64,000 nt of DNA from Octopus vulgaris (Eukaryota), in assembly GCA_951406725.2 (NCBI GenBank), contig OX597830.1:26846001-26910000 (forward strand). The letters are read 5' to 3'. Of the stretch, positions 52,645 to 64,000 are shown in pieces. The notes beneath the pieces were generated by a model. That model had not been told where the DNA came from. It was given only the letters and a program-made list of their open reading frames with translations, and made no database searches. Numbering within the stretch: the first letter of the stretch is position 1; every line of letters begins with the position of its first letter. A program made the position numbers and the translations under genes.

Positions 52645-52665
52645 CATGCATATATATATATATGT

Positions 52666-52709
<44 letters not shown>

Positions 52710-53011
52710 GATAAATTAGATGAGGAGCAAAATGGGTGACTGGGGCAAAATGAGTAATTTGTGGTTTCTCATTTTTTCACCTTATCTGTTTGAAATAATT
52801 ACATTGCAAGTATTGCTTCATCGTTTTGTATTATTGCATCATCTTTGGCAACAAGATCTGCTCAGCGTAGTCGTTGAAACTGAGAGAGTTTGAAACAGTC
52901 GCATGACAGGTACTTTTATTTCAAGAGTAAAAATCCAACCAATGTGTTGAGTGCTACTTTCTTGTTTGCGCACTCACTCACGTGTACGCACGCACACACA
53001 CACACACACAC

Positions 53012-53228
53012 ACGAGGAGTTGATGAGAAGTTCCTGACTATATGAGTATCGCGAAAGGCCCGGCTAGAGGTCCAAACTTCCGAGTTCTTTTGAAGGGCTT
53101 AGAAAAACTGAAGGACTGTTGCTATAATTGCATGAATCTGAGAGGAGAACACGTTAAACAGAATCATAATTAACTGATCCTCCTATATTTTCTTTTATCG
53201 AAAGATAGGAGCTCTCCCCACCCTGCCT
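53012..53228 (+). mobile_element. Internally deleted mariner derivative
   Basis: CGAGGAGTTGATGAGAAGTTCCT terminus; GLEKLKDCCYNCMNLRGEHV matches a mariner C-terminus. Confidence 0.55.
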
Positions 53229-53260
53229 AATGTCTCTTGGGGCTAAAACAACAGTAACAT

Positions 53261-53296
<36 letters not shown>

Positions 53297-53300
<4 letters not shown>

Positions 53301-53505
53301 TAATCCAAACAAGAAAACACAGAAAAAAACACAGCAACGCGAGGACGTGGAACAATTAAAGTATTATTTGACGCTCAGGAAAGAAGGGAAGGTGGGTTTA
53401 ACGTTTCGAGCGGAGCTCTTCGTCGGAAACAAAGGAGAAGGAAAGATCCCGAGAAGGGAAAACAGAGGAAAAAAATATTTTTGCTGGTGGTGCTCAAGAG
53501 ATCAC
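53297..53505 (-). mobile_element. HHR-bearing element copy (HHR 53396-53431, CCGACGA core)
   Basis: Same terminus and HHR as 35717; flanked by (TA)n on both sides. Confidence 0.75.
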
Positions 53506-53655
53506 ATATATATATATAATTAGTGCACATTTAAACACAAAAGAGGCGACCCTTATCAGGCAGCCTAATATGAAGGAGTAGTCAAAACGTCCAAAAACTA
53601 CATTTAAGAGCAATTTCGAAGGTAATGAAAAATTAAAACTTTTACCTTGTTTTTT

Positions 53656-53730
53656 ACAGCCATACCTAGATTTCGAACTCTAAGTAGCAAATAAAATAAT
53701 TTGCTAGGCGAAGTTCTCATCAGTGGCTAC
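53656..53730 (-). ncRNA. Type I hammerhead ribozyme, canonical core
   Basis: TAGCCA-CTGATGA-GAACT[TAGCAAAT/ATTTGCTA hairpin]AGTTC-GAAA-TCTAGG-TA-TGGCTG. Confidence 0.8.
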
Positions 53731-54010
53731 GCTAAAACACTAACATATAATTTAGAGACAGAATATTACGTGTCCCATCATTATATATTATAAAGTTTCA
53801 AATTCAATCAAATTTTCAATCGGCAGCAAGTGAAAGAATGCCGAATTAACTTCCGAAATTACTAAAATTCTATTCATAAAATATAGGATAGCAAAATTTT
53901 AGAAATTTTACTATCAGTGGCCTATCATGTATAAAAAGTCAATAGACAACGTATTCTCCATATAAAATTGGTGTAGTATATATATATATATATATATATT
54001 ACATATATAT

Positions 54011-55252
54011 AGGAGTAGTGTTTATCGTTTCTGTGTTTACCTACCGCCTAACCATCGTGTCTTGCCCCCATTCGTGGCTCATCAAGTTGGAGTAGCTGGT
54101 ATTTTTGGAGGTATAGAAGTCCTCTTGGAAAGCGGTCTGTCTGCTGCGTGCACTCGCTAAAGCGTGAGTTAGGGACGCCTTGGCTGTTGATGCGCAGACA
54201 TGCACTGAGGCTGAGGCATTTGTGGGTCCAGCTGGATGGTTAACAGGCGTGGTCTCCATTTGTTCGGTCATTACTTCCTGAGATTACTAGTTTGAGTGAA
54301 CTAGGACCTTGGATCAATTGTAGACCAAAGCTGGGTGCTTGACGGATTGCTGTGAGGCATCCAAGCTTCTCTGTTACACGAGCAACGCCAGTGGCTGGGG
54401 TTCCACCTCGCCTTTCTATAGAGGGTTGGTAGAGGCTCAATGTGACGGCATCTTGAGGGAGACTCTAGGCTTCCATGCTGGTCGACTAGCCGGCCTGTTC
54501 CGAATTACATTCGGGCCAGGAACCTTGGATATCTTCCAAGGATCCCTGGCCTGACAGTGTTACCGATGAGTCTTACCAGTTCGCGATAAACTCACAAGGC
54601 ATGGTGCCCCTTGCACACCCATGTGCCCAAGATGCGAGCGGGACAGAGAAATTGTTCTGCACGCAATTGTGCAATGCTCCAAAATCTCTGAGATGTGGAT
54701 TTACATTGAACATCTGCTGTCACGACTGGGAAGTGTACAACTGTCTTCCGAGTAGACTAAAGATTTTTCCTCCTTCATCTTTTAACAAAGAAGGCAAAGC
54801 TTGTTTTCTCACTGTGATAGCTATAGAGAAAGAAGCGGTATGGAAAACCCACGTGAAAGGAATCGTGACAGGCACATTCATCTCCAGCCTTGGACTGGTC
54901 CATTACCTCATCTACTAACTTAAGAGGAGAATAAGGGTGGAGCGAAAATGCCTGTCACCTGATGTATATGGAAAAAGATGGAAGGCTGTGGCGAGTTTGT
55001 TGCGAATGAATGAACCCACACAGTGTATCCATAAGGTTATACTAAAGGTTATAGTGATGGCACGGGACTTGTGAGGTCGAGGCAAAACCCATTCCCCGCT
55101 ACATTGAGTATTTGTTTTGCTTATCATTTGTTTATCATTCGATTATATAGATTTTTAATTTTTCATCTCTCTGTTAAAACTATACGCACCATCGACCCCT
55201 CCCTCATTTGTACCGTCTCTCTATGTTTGGCCCCCTGTGGGCAATAAAGAAA
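54011..55252 (+). pseudogene. 5'-truncated L1/Tx1-clade LINE (ORF2 C-terminus and 3' UTR)
   Basis: CCHC knuckle CPRCERDREIVLHAIVQC at ~54623-54676; 3' end TGTGGGCAATAAAGAAA. Confidence 0.7.
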
Positions 55253-55751
55253 ACGTGGTTACAATCATCTGAAATGGAACTGTCAAAGCGTGATATTCGA
55301 GCAATTTTGTTTTGCAACTTCAAAAAAGGACGTAAAGCAGCTGAAACTGATCGCGATATCAACGAAACGTTTGGCGAGGAAACGATGAGTGAGTGATCAG
55401 CCCGAAAATGGTTTAAACGATTTCGCAGTGGAGACCTGAGCCTTGAAGACTGTGAGCGTAGTGGACGCCCATCTGTCATCGATGACGTTCAATTAAAGAC
55501 CGTCATTGAAAAAGATCCACGTAAAACCACTCGAGAACTGGTAAAATAACTTCAAGTTAGCCAGAAAACTGCCTGCAACCATTTGCATGAGATCGGAGAA
55601 TCAAAAAAGCTCGACAAATGGGTACCACACGATTTGAATGAAAATCAAAAAAATGCGCAGATATGAAATTTTCTCCTCGCTTCTTCTCCGTAACCAGACG
55701 GATCAATTTCTCGACCGTTTTGTTACTTGCGATGAAAAGTGGATTTTGTAC

Positions 55752-55807
<56 letters not shown>

Positions 55808-56232
55808 TAAAACGTTATTCGCAGTGGTTGACCAAAATGAAGCACCAAAAACCTTCCCTAAACACGAGCTCTTCAAAAAGAATGTTTTGGTGATTCTTGA
55901 TGGTGTACTGCTGTACACTATAACTTCTTAAAACCCGGAAAAACCATTACTGCAGAAGTATATTGCCATGAACTTGCCAAAATGAACGAAACACTGTTAA
56001 TCCTTCGTCCCAGACTGGTCAACAGAAGAGGGCCAGTCATTCTTCATGACAATGCTCGACCACACGTTTCATTTATGATGCTCCAGAGGTTGAGGGAACT
56101 TGGCTACGAAGTTCTTCTCCACCCAGCTTATTCCCCAGACCTTTCTCCTACCGACTACCACTTTTTCAAGCACCTTGATGGTTTCTTGCGAGAAGAGTTC
56201 AAAAATCAAACCGATGCTGAAAGAGCGTGCTA
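55253..56232 (+). pseudogene. Mariner (DD34D) transposase pseudogene
   Basis: IRAILFCNFKKG..WFKRFRSGD, WVPHDL, VTCDEKWILY, HDNARPH and HPAYSPDLSPTDYHFF, with a stop, frameshifts and an (AAT)n expansion. Confidence 0.92.
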
Positions 56233-56596
56233 ACTTTTCTACCAGCTCGCCGCCTTAACATGAACAATATATAAATTTATATGTAGGTGTAAGTGTATGT
56301 GTGTCTGTGTATGCGCCTTAGCATTTGTCTCCTATCAGACAATCGGAGTTGGTTTGTTTATGTTCCTTTAACTCAGTGGTTCACAAAAGCCGACAGATAG
56401 AATTAGTACCAGGATTAAAAATGAGTGCTAGTATTGATTTGTTTGACTAAATCCTTCAAAGCGGTGATTCAGCATGGCTGTATTCCAATGAATGAAACAT
56501 GAAAAAGATAAAAGACAACGATATAAAAAAAAAACAAAGAAAGAAAGAAAAGAAAAGAAAAGAAAAGAAACGAGATTGCAGAGAAACGATAAAATA

Positions 56597-56734
56597 TTAG
56601 GTTGTCCCAAAAGTTCGTAAATCTGGAATATAAAGATGAAGGTAACTATAACAATATAAACCCAAACAAACAATTAAAAATTGCATAAAAATGCAAATTT
56701 TCGCAAGTGTTTACGAACTTTTGGGACAACCTTA
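56597..56734. mobile_element. Mariner-type MITE with TA target-site duplication
   Basis: TA|TTAGGTTGTCCCAAAAGTTCGTAAA ... TTTACGAACTTTTGGGACAACCTTA|TA. Confidence 0.85.
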
Positions 56735-56748
56735 TAAGTTATTGAAAA

Positions 56749-58764
56749 CTATTCCTTACCGTGTTCTGAAGTATTTTCGTTTCCTTTATCACAATTGTTA
56801 GTATTGCTATTATTAACATTTTTATCACCAACACCTTTTGTTTCTTCATTATAAACTCCTTTCTGGAAACTTCGACATGCAGGGAAATTGTCAGGGATTT
56901 TTGGTAAGTGGGCATAAGATTCATTTAGAACCAGTGCCATTCCGTCCTTACTGTGTAATTCAATATGGCAGTGCATGATCCATATTCCAGGATTATTGGC
57001 CACTATTCTCACTACAACGTATCCACCTGTAGGGACCATAATTGTATCCTTTTGAGGGGCTTTTTGTAAATTCATTCCGGGGATGTTGTCTCCTTCCCAG
57101 TTGCTGTTTGACCAAGCCGCATCATTACAATAGTTCATTTTCGGATCACCTCTGCAATCAATATCTGTAGTATCATTTATTATTTCTCCCGTTGTTTCAT
57201 TGTATTTTGGAAACCCCATTTTAACTACATAAAATGAATGTCCATGCATGTGTATAGGGTGGGAGAACCCTTTACCTTTTCCAAGATTTGTCATTACAAC
57301 TTGAATTGTATCACCATATTTCAGGTTTATAGAATAAGTACACCGACACACTTTATCAACACCGCAGTTGGCATTATCACACAGACTATCTATTTCTTTT
57401 GGTTGTGTTAAAGGGTTTACCGTGGGTTCCACGAACACACGACCATTTACTGATGCTGGTGTGTATCCTGGCTCACCAGGAAAAGCAAAATTTAAAAAAT
57501 ATTCTTCAAACTTCCCAGACTTGTATGGAGGTACAACAACAGGGTAATCAGGTTCCAAGTCATTAAACTGTAAACACCGTTTATTACTTTTCTCGGGATA
57601 ATAAAGAAAGGGGCAGTTGAGTAAAGTGCAGTCCTTTTGTTGAACGCAGTCAGAAACCGTGGAGTTGGGTTCTTCGTCCAGTGCACCCTTATAACGAAGA
57701 ATTACTTCAAATGTGTTATTTTTTTCATTTTCCATTGTTTTTCCACGAATCCAATAATTTCCGACAGAGTTATTTGCCTTCAATATAAAGTCAAATCTCT
57801 CACCCGGACTGAGGATGAAATAATCAACAGCTGTTGGTTTTAGGTCAAAACCATCAGAGGCAACGACTACCATCTGGTGACCATCAACAGACACTTCAAA
57901 CGGGTAAAGGGACCCTGCGGCGATCACTCTAAAACGATACTCTTTACCTTGTTCTACTTCAAAGACAGTCAGTGGAGCCCCATTATGATTCCCTGATTCA
58001 TCATAATAGCGGCCTCGACCATTCACAATACCAGAATGGAAATTAAAAAGACTAAAAAATGCCCCATCTAGAGATTTGGAATTGCCAATGTTTGTACGGT
58101 TCCAATAGAGTCCAAAATCCATTTTTAAATAACTCACATCGGAGTCCCAGTTATGGTTGTAGTCTGTTATTAACATCACATGTTCTTCCATTTTACGTTT
58201 TGTCTTTTCGTGTATTATAAAACCACCAAATAGTCCCATCGTACGTTGTGTCCCAAGATGAGAATGGTACCAAAAGGTTCCAGTTTGTGTAACATTGAAT
58301 TCATATCTGAACGACTGACCTGGTTGAATTGGACACTGTGAAACCCAGGGTACGCCATCCATATGAGGTGTTCCTTTTTGATGAATGCCGTGCCAATGTA
58401 TTGTTGTAGATTCTGAAAATAATCGGTTTTCTACTTCAATGATGACTCTTTGTCCTTTATAAACTTCTATCGTTGGTCCAGGAACTGTGCCATTAACTGC
58501 AATCACCATAACTGTCTCAGAGAAACCATCCATAGTAATAACTTCATCAGTTGGTATCGGTTGAGCATCCGTAAAATTAGTGACGTCATATCTGTAGAGT
58601 TTTCTATTATAGGGTAGTACCAAAGTCTTATTAACTAACATAGTTAATTTATAGGAAATTACCAGCTTAAACTCACATTCGTCGTCTTCCATACGACAAC
58701 CATGAGAATAAACTAATGGTGATAAGAGACCCAGGAGGAATACAATTACGTTGAAGTGAATCAT
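56749..58764 (-). CDS. Secreted laccase-like multicopper oxidase (671 aa), single coding exon
   Basis: Signal peptide MIHFNVIVFLLGLLSPLVYS; all four Cu motifs (HWHG, WYHSH, HPIHMHGH, HCHIELHSKDGM with axial Met). ATG at 58764 is preferred over the track's TTG because TTGTTATTTCAG at 58789-58800 looks like a splice acceptor. Confidence 0.95.
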   Translation of the reverse strand: MIHFNVIVFLLGLLSPLVYSHGCRMEDDECEFKLVISYKLTMLVNKTLVLPYNRKLYRYDVTNFTDAQPIPTDEVITMDGFSETVMVIAVNGTVPGPTIEVYKGQRVIIEVENRLFSESTTIHWHGIHQKGTPHMDGVPWVSQCPIQPGQSFRYEFNVTQTGTFWYHSHLGTQRTMGLFGGFIIHEKTKRKMEEHVMLITDYNHNWDSDVSYLKMDFGLYWNRTNIGNSKSLDGAFFSLFNFHSGIVNGRGRYYDESGNHNGAPLTVFEVEQGKEYRFRVIAAGSLYPFEVSVDGHQMVVVASDGFDLKPTAVDYFILSPGERFDFILKANNSVGNYWIRGKTMENEKNNTFEVILRYKGALDEEPNSTVSDCVQQKDCTLLNCPFLYYPEKSNKRCLQFNDLEPDYPVVVPPYKSGKFEEYFLNFAFPGEPGYTPASVNGRVFVEPTVNPLTQPKEIDSLCDNANCGVDKVCRCTYSINLKYGDTIQVVMTNLGKGKGFSHPIHMHGHSFYVVKMGFPKYNETTGEIINDTTDIDCRGDPKMNYCNDAAWSNSNWEGDNIPGMNLQKAPQKDTIMVPTGGYVVVRIVANNPGIWIMHCHIELHSKDGMALVLNESYAHLPKIPDNFPACRSFQKGVYNEETKGVGDKNVNNSNTNNCDKGNENTSEHGKE

Positions 58765-58788
58765 AGTTGAACAAGTGTGAACAGATAT

Positions 58789-58803
58789 CTGAAATAACAA
58801 AAT
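58789..58803 (-). other. 3' splice acceptor of a 5'-UTR intron of the laccase gene
   Basis: TTTTGTTATTTCAG|ATATCTG lies 24 nt upstream of the ATG. Confidence 0.65.
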
Positions 58804-59512
58804 ATAAATATGAGAAACACTGAAATCATCAAATCATCAAGGACGATGTGACAATTAAATCATGAAATATGTGCATGTTTAAAGACGAAAGAACACCAAC
58901 ATATTAAAGAAAAGAAATGAAAATAAAACTCTGTGTGACAGGCAGACGACAGGGAGATCGATATTGTTTTGTTAGTAGGACATTTCAGCTGGAACAAATT
59001 TTAATCAGGAATTGTTAGAAACTTAACAATTCTGGTTAGAGTCTTTTGTTTCTCTGTCCTTTATAGCTTACGAGATGATCTTTGTCAACAGTTGGTGACT
59101 ACCCTCAGGAATTAACGCTGGGAATATCTCAAGTATACCTGCCAAAGCAGAACTACCGGATGAAGAATTAATCCAGTGAGTGTGACTGTGTGATACGGTG
59201 TGGTCCAAGGATCTTAGTAAATCAATAAATATAGATGCCTGAGATTGATTACATAATCTGGTACTAGTTTATTCGCTTTATTCTTGCGGCTATCGTTTAC
59301 TAAGTAAAATATATTTGCAGGAGACAGTTTATTAGTTGGGTATATGTAGTAATGAGGAGACTCTCAAATCCTGATTGATTCATACGAGGTACGCTATTCT
59401 GTCATGGGCATTTTAGATATGACGAAGCCCATCTCACGCAGAACCTGAACACAACTGATTTCTTTCAGAGAAAAATGCTTGTTTCTGTATGTGTGTGTGT
59501 GTGTGTAAGTGT

Positions 59513-59548
<36 letters not shown>

Positions 59549-60300
59549 AGAAAGAGAGAGAGAGAGAGCGAAAGAAAAAGAAAGAGAGAGAGAGATCCAT
59601 GGGATCACGAATGATAACTTCGCTAGTAATTTATAGGAAAAAGCAAATAAATCTTTACAGCTGCTTCTGGAATAGGCATTCATTAGAAGCATTTTTGTGC
59701 ATTGTGTCAACATGCATTTATACAAGTAGATTTGTGTAACTTGCTTTATATGAAACAGCACATAAGTAAGTTGTCCAATCAGTGTAGCCTTTTGTTAGAA
59801 GAAAAGTGAATTTAAGCAGCAAAATCACAGCATATCTAATCAGAGGTATAAATAGAGATGTAGTCAAATACAGTAGAGAAAAATTAGTAATAAAAACTGC
59901 CTACACTTTCCTGTCTTTTACTTGCAAAGTTATCCCTACTGATTCTATACATTTTACTATCTTGGTTGAAAAATATGAAGGATCATTCGAATGCTCCTTT
60001 CATTACTAATTCATATATTATTGTATGAATTTTCTAGATTTGTACCTGTCTATGCCGAATCACAATGAAATTTCAATCTCCAGATTCTCTACAAAAGTAT
60101 AGAGAAACAGATCAGATTATTGTGAAATTGTTTTTATTACAACAAAACATAAAAACAAACATTATATGTATATATGTATATGTATGTATCTATCTATCTA
60201 TCTATCTATCTTTTTTTTAAACATTCAAAAGAAAAGCTCTACCTTGTAATTTGTTCTATCTGTGTGCAGCCCTGTGTGGCTAATAAAGAAACAAGAAACA

Positions 60301-60439
<139 letters not shown>

Positions 60440-60527
60440 CAATGATAAATTTCAGAGCGAGTTATAAACAGTAGCGTTAACACAACGTGATGCATAAGCC
60501 ATATTCAAATGGCATATATGCATCACG

Positions 60528-60557
<30 letters not shown>

Positions 60558-60560
<3 letters not shown>

Positions 60561-60630
60561 CGGTTAGCTCAGTCAGTAGAGTACGAGACTCTTAATGTCG
60601 GGATCGTGGGTTCGAGTCCCACGTTGAGCA
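60558..60630 (+). tRNA. tRNA-Lys(CTT)-like, probable pseudogene
   Basis: GCCCGGTTAGCTCAGTCAGTAGAGTACGAGACT CTT AATGTCGGGATCGTGGGTTCGAGTCCCACGTTGAGCA; mismatches in the anticodon and acceptor stems. Confidence 0.75.
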
Positions 60631-60697
60631 CAATATAATTCTATGGTGCTGATCTTGCATGACCACGGCCACATGGCTGAAAAGAGTAAAAGAATAC

Positions 60698-60756
<59 letters not shown>

Positions 60757-61098
60757 CATACGTACGTGTGTGTTGGTGGGTGTGTGCATGTGTGTGTATA
60801 CGCACACACATATAACATGTGTTTATACGATGATTTTCATATTTCTTCTTAATACATAGTACGTACATAAACTCAAACACACAAACAAACATACTTGACG
60901 TTTGCAACTCGATTTTGAACAATGCCATCGCTTGATGGTTCTCTTAAATATCTTTTCTACTCGAGGCACAAGGCCCGAAATCTTTGGTAAGGAGTCCAGT
61001 CGATTAGGTCGATCCCAGTACGCAGCTGTTACTTAATTCATCGACCTCGTTTCAGCCATGCGGCCGTGGTCATGCTAGAGCAGCATAGAATTATATTG

Positions 61099-61168
61099 TG
61101 CTCAACGTGGGACTCGAACCCACGATCCCGACATTAAGAGTCTCGTACTCTACTGACTGAGCGAACCG

Positions 61169-61171
<3 letters not shown>
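61099..61171 (-). tRNA. tRNA-Lys(CTT)-like, probable pseudogene (duplicate)
   Basis: Reverse-complement copy of 60558-60630 with one extra change in the A-box region. Confidence 0.75.
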
Positions 61172-61236
<65 letters not shown>

Positions 61237-61259
61237 GACAGACAAACAGACAGACAGAC

Positions 61260-61308
<49 letters not shown>

Positions 61309-61312
61309 TAGA

Positions 61313-61352
<40 letters not shown>

Positions 61353-61377
61353 TAGATAGATAGATAGATAGATAGGT

Positions 61378-61414
<37 letters not shown>

Positions 61415-61479
61415 TAGATAGGAAGATAGATAGATAGATAGGTAGGTAGATAGATAGATAGATAGATATAGATAGATAA

Positions 61480-61518
<39 letters not shown>

Positions 61519-61909
61519 TAGATATACATATACATATACATATATACATATAATGTTTGTTTTTATGTTTTGTTGTAATAAAAATAATTTCACATTAATC
61601 TGATCGATTTCTCAATATTTTTGTCGAGAATCTGCAGATTGAAATTTCATAGTGATTCGGCATAGACAGGTACAAATCTAGAAAATTCATACAATAATAT
61701 ATGAATTAGTAATGAAAGGAGCATTCGAATGATCCTTCATATTTTTCAACCAAGATAGTAAAATGTATAGAATCAGTATGGATAAGTTTGCAAGTAAAAG
61801 ATAGGAAAGTGTAGGCAATTTTTATTACTAATTTTTCTCTACTGTATTTGACTACATCTCTATTTATACCTCTGATTAGATATGCTGTGATTTTGCTGCT
61901 TAAATTCAC

Positions 61910-62209
61910 TTTTTGCCGAACCGCTAAGTTAAAGGGACGTAAACACACCAGCATCGGTTGTCAAGCGATGCTGGGGGACAAACACAGGCGCGCGCACACA
62001 CACACACACACACAGACACACACACACACATATATATATACATACGACGGGCTTCTTTCAGTTTCCGTCTACCAAATCTACTCACAAGGCTTTGGTCGGC
62101 TCGAGGCTATAGTGGAAGACACTTGCCCAAGGTCCCACGCAGTGGGAATGAACCTAGAACCATGTTGTTGGTAAGCAAGCTACTTACCACACAGCCACTC
62201 ATGCGCCTA
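61910..62209 (-). mobile_element. CORE-type SINE family A, 3'-truncated at the duplication breakpoint
   Basis: Matches 29040-29452 up to TTTTGCCGAACC. Confidence 0.85.
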
Positions 62210-62224
62210 TAAAATAAATGTTTC

Positions 62225-62472
62225 CTTCTCGAGCCATGTCACGCTCATGAAAGACGATTTCCCGGCTTCAATGGTGTATATATATATTCCCCACCTGAAC
62301 GGGACGCCGGTCCGTCGCAGGATTAGTCCTTTTTGCCAGCTGAGTAGACTGGAGCAACGTGGAATGAAGTGTTTTGCTCAAGAGCACAACGCATCGCCCG
62401 GTCCAAGAATCGAAATCACAATCTTACGATCATGAGTCCAACACTCCTAACCACTAAGCCACGTGATCCCAC
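62225..62472 (-). mobile_element. SINE family D
   Basis: Homologous to 33965-34205. Confidence 0.8.
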
Positions 62473-63399
62473 CTACATAATATAAATACATAAAAAAGAA
62501 AAACAACTTTTGAGTATATCACCATCAACTTGCATAATAATACCTTCCTTTGTAATCTTTTTTTTTCTCTGTCTCGCCATTTATTTTATTTTATTGTCAC
62601 ACTTATTGGTAAAATATTCTCTGAAAATATATTTATTTCTCTCAGTTAACCTCGAATCTGACAAGTCCGGCTTAGCTTATGTTTTATTTATGCAGTCCCA
62701 TTGCGGGAAGTTAGATAACAGCCGCTGTTTATGCTGTTGGCACACTTATGACGTCTGTTATTTGAATGTGTCTGGGCGGAAGATTCCGACATAGCAGAGT
62801 ATTTCCTGATATGAAGTAGGTTAGGTTAACCAGCGAATTGATAGAGTCGTTAGAACTAGTAGGATAGAATTTCCTATACACGAATTCTGAGTTCAAATCC
62901 TACCGAAGTCCTCGTTTCCATTATCTTTTCGGAGGATGATAAATGATAAGCCCTGAATTCCCTTTAGTTTCACGCTCTTCCTCTACCTCCCTCTGTTTTT
63001 TTCTTCTTTTTACTCTCTCCCACTCCAACGGCCATGTCAAAGGTCTCTAGAAAAAAGAATTCATATCGAGGTTGCACAAATATATCACCAACATTATAGA
63101 TTTGTTAACAAAGAAAGCAGTTTAGCTATAAGATTTCTGTAACGTGAGAGGAGTATTTGATGGTTGGCTGTCCTATTGACGTTCGAGCTTTTTCTCATTG
63201 ACTTGGCGTCCATTATAAGTAAGCTGCAGAAGAGTGCCTCCGCTACCTCGGATTTGTTTCCCTATAAAATGCATATTGTTTAATGGGATTTTCCTGGGCT
63301 GCATTTGAGATATTTTTGATTATGACTGTGAAATCGTATGGCCTTGACTGTTGCACTCACCAAATCGTTATTTCGGTTTTTACTATTTTCTTCGACATC

Positions 63400-63750
63400 T
63401 GTCTCTATGTTCTGAGTTCAAATTTCTCCGGCGTCGACTTTGCCTTCCATCCTTTCGAGGCCGATAAAATAAAAACCAGTAGAGCACTGAGGTCGATGTA
63501 ACCGACTTAACCCTATCCCGAACTTGCTGGCCTTGTGCCAAAATATGAAACCATTATTAGCACGCTGGACGAAATGCTTAGCAGTATTTCGCCCGTCGCT
63601 ACCTTCTGAGTTCAAATTCCGCCGAGGTCGACCTTGCTTTCATCCTTTCTAGGTCGATAAATTAAGTACCAGTGAAACATTGGGGTCAATATAATCGATT
63701 AGTCCCCCTACCTCAAATTTCAGGCCTTGTGTCTTTAGTTGAAAGGATTA
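63400..63750 (+). mobile_element. Two family B-related SINEs
   Basis: TTCTGAGTTCAAATT...GTCGAC.TTGC.TT.CATCCTTTC appears twice. Confidence 0.8.
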
Positions 63751-64000
63751 TTATTATTATTGGAACCTCAAGTTGTTGCCATATACAGTGTGGCTCCGTA
63801 AGTTTTGTTGGTTTTTACTTGTTTACATAACATTCATTATTAAAATGTTTTGATACAAACTCTAAATAGGGCACCATACATTGTCCACGGAAAAGGCAAC
63901 CTCATAATATTTGGGCTTTGGGCCCAAATATTGTAATTTCATTTTCAAATTACGCTCATAAAAAATCCTAAAAGAAAAATAGACGCAAACACCCCTCCAC

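Noticed and set aside
58765-58800. TTG start of the 683-aa ORF in the track
   Set aside because: It overlaps a splice acceptor; the ATG at 58764 directly precedes the signal peptide.

Overview
AT-rich, microsatellite-dense eukaryotic DNA, most likely from an octopus (inferred from the tRNA-derived SINE families and the repeat landscape). There is one clear host gene: a secreted laccase-type multicopper oxidase whose CDS sits in a single exon (minus strand, 56749-58764). The rest is mostly mobile DNA: several SINE families, decayed Tc1/mariner, L1/Tx1, CR1-like and RTE remnants, MITEs, fold-backs, an inverted duplication carrying two tRNA-Lys(CTT) pseudogenes, and a 100-N gap. The most notable structure is an apparently intact Penelope-like retroelement (PLE, ~38745-42952, minus). 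Its coiled-coil ORF1 overlaps the RT-GIY-YIG frame by 94 nt in the -1 frame, across a U-UUU-UUU slippery heptamer. The conserved PLE N-terminal motif lies upstream of the first RT-frame Met, which points to a -1 frameshift fusion of about 1175 aa; a homopolymer indel is the alternative. The element carries a hammerhead ribozyme (HHR) and a CCAAT/TATA cluster in its 3' region. I read about nine well-formed minimal type I HHRs by eye across the window, plus degenerate ones, mostly in short elements sitting in (TA)n tracts. Several have non-canonical cores (U3-A8 swap, U4C). All calls are manual with no searches run, and repeat boundaries are approximate.
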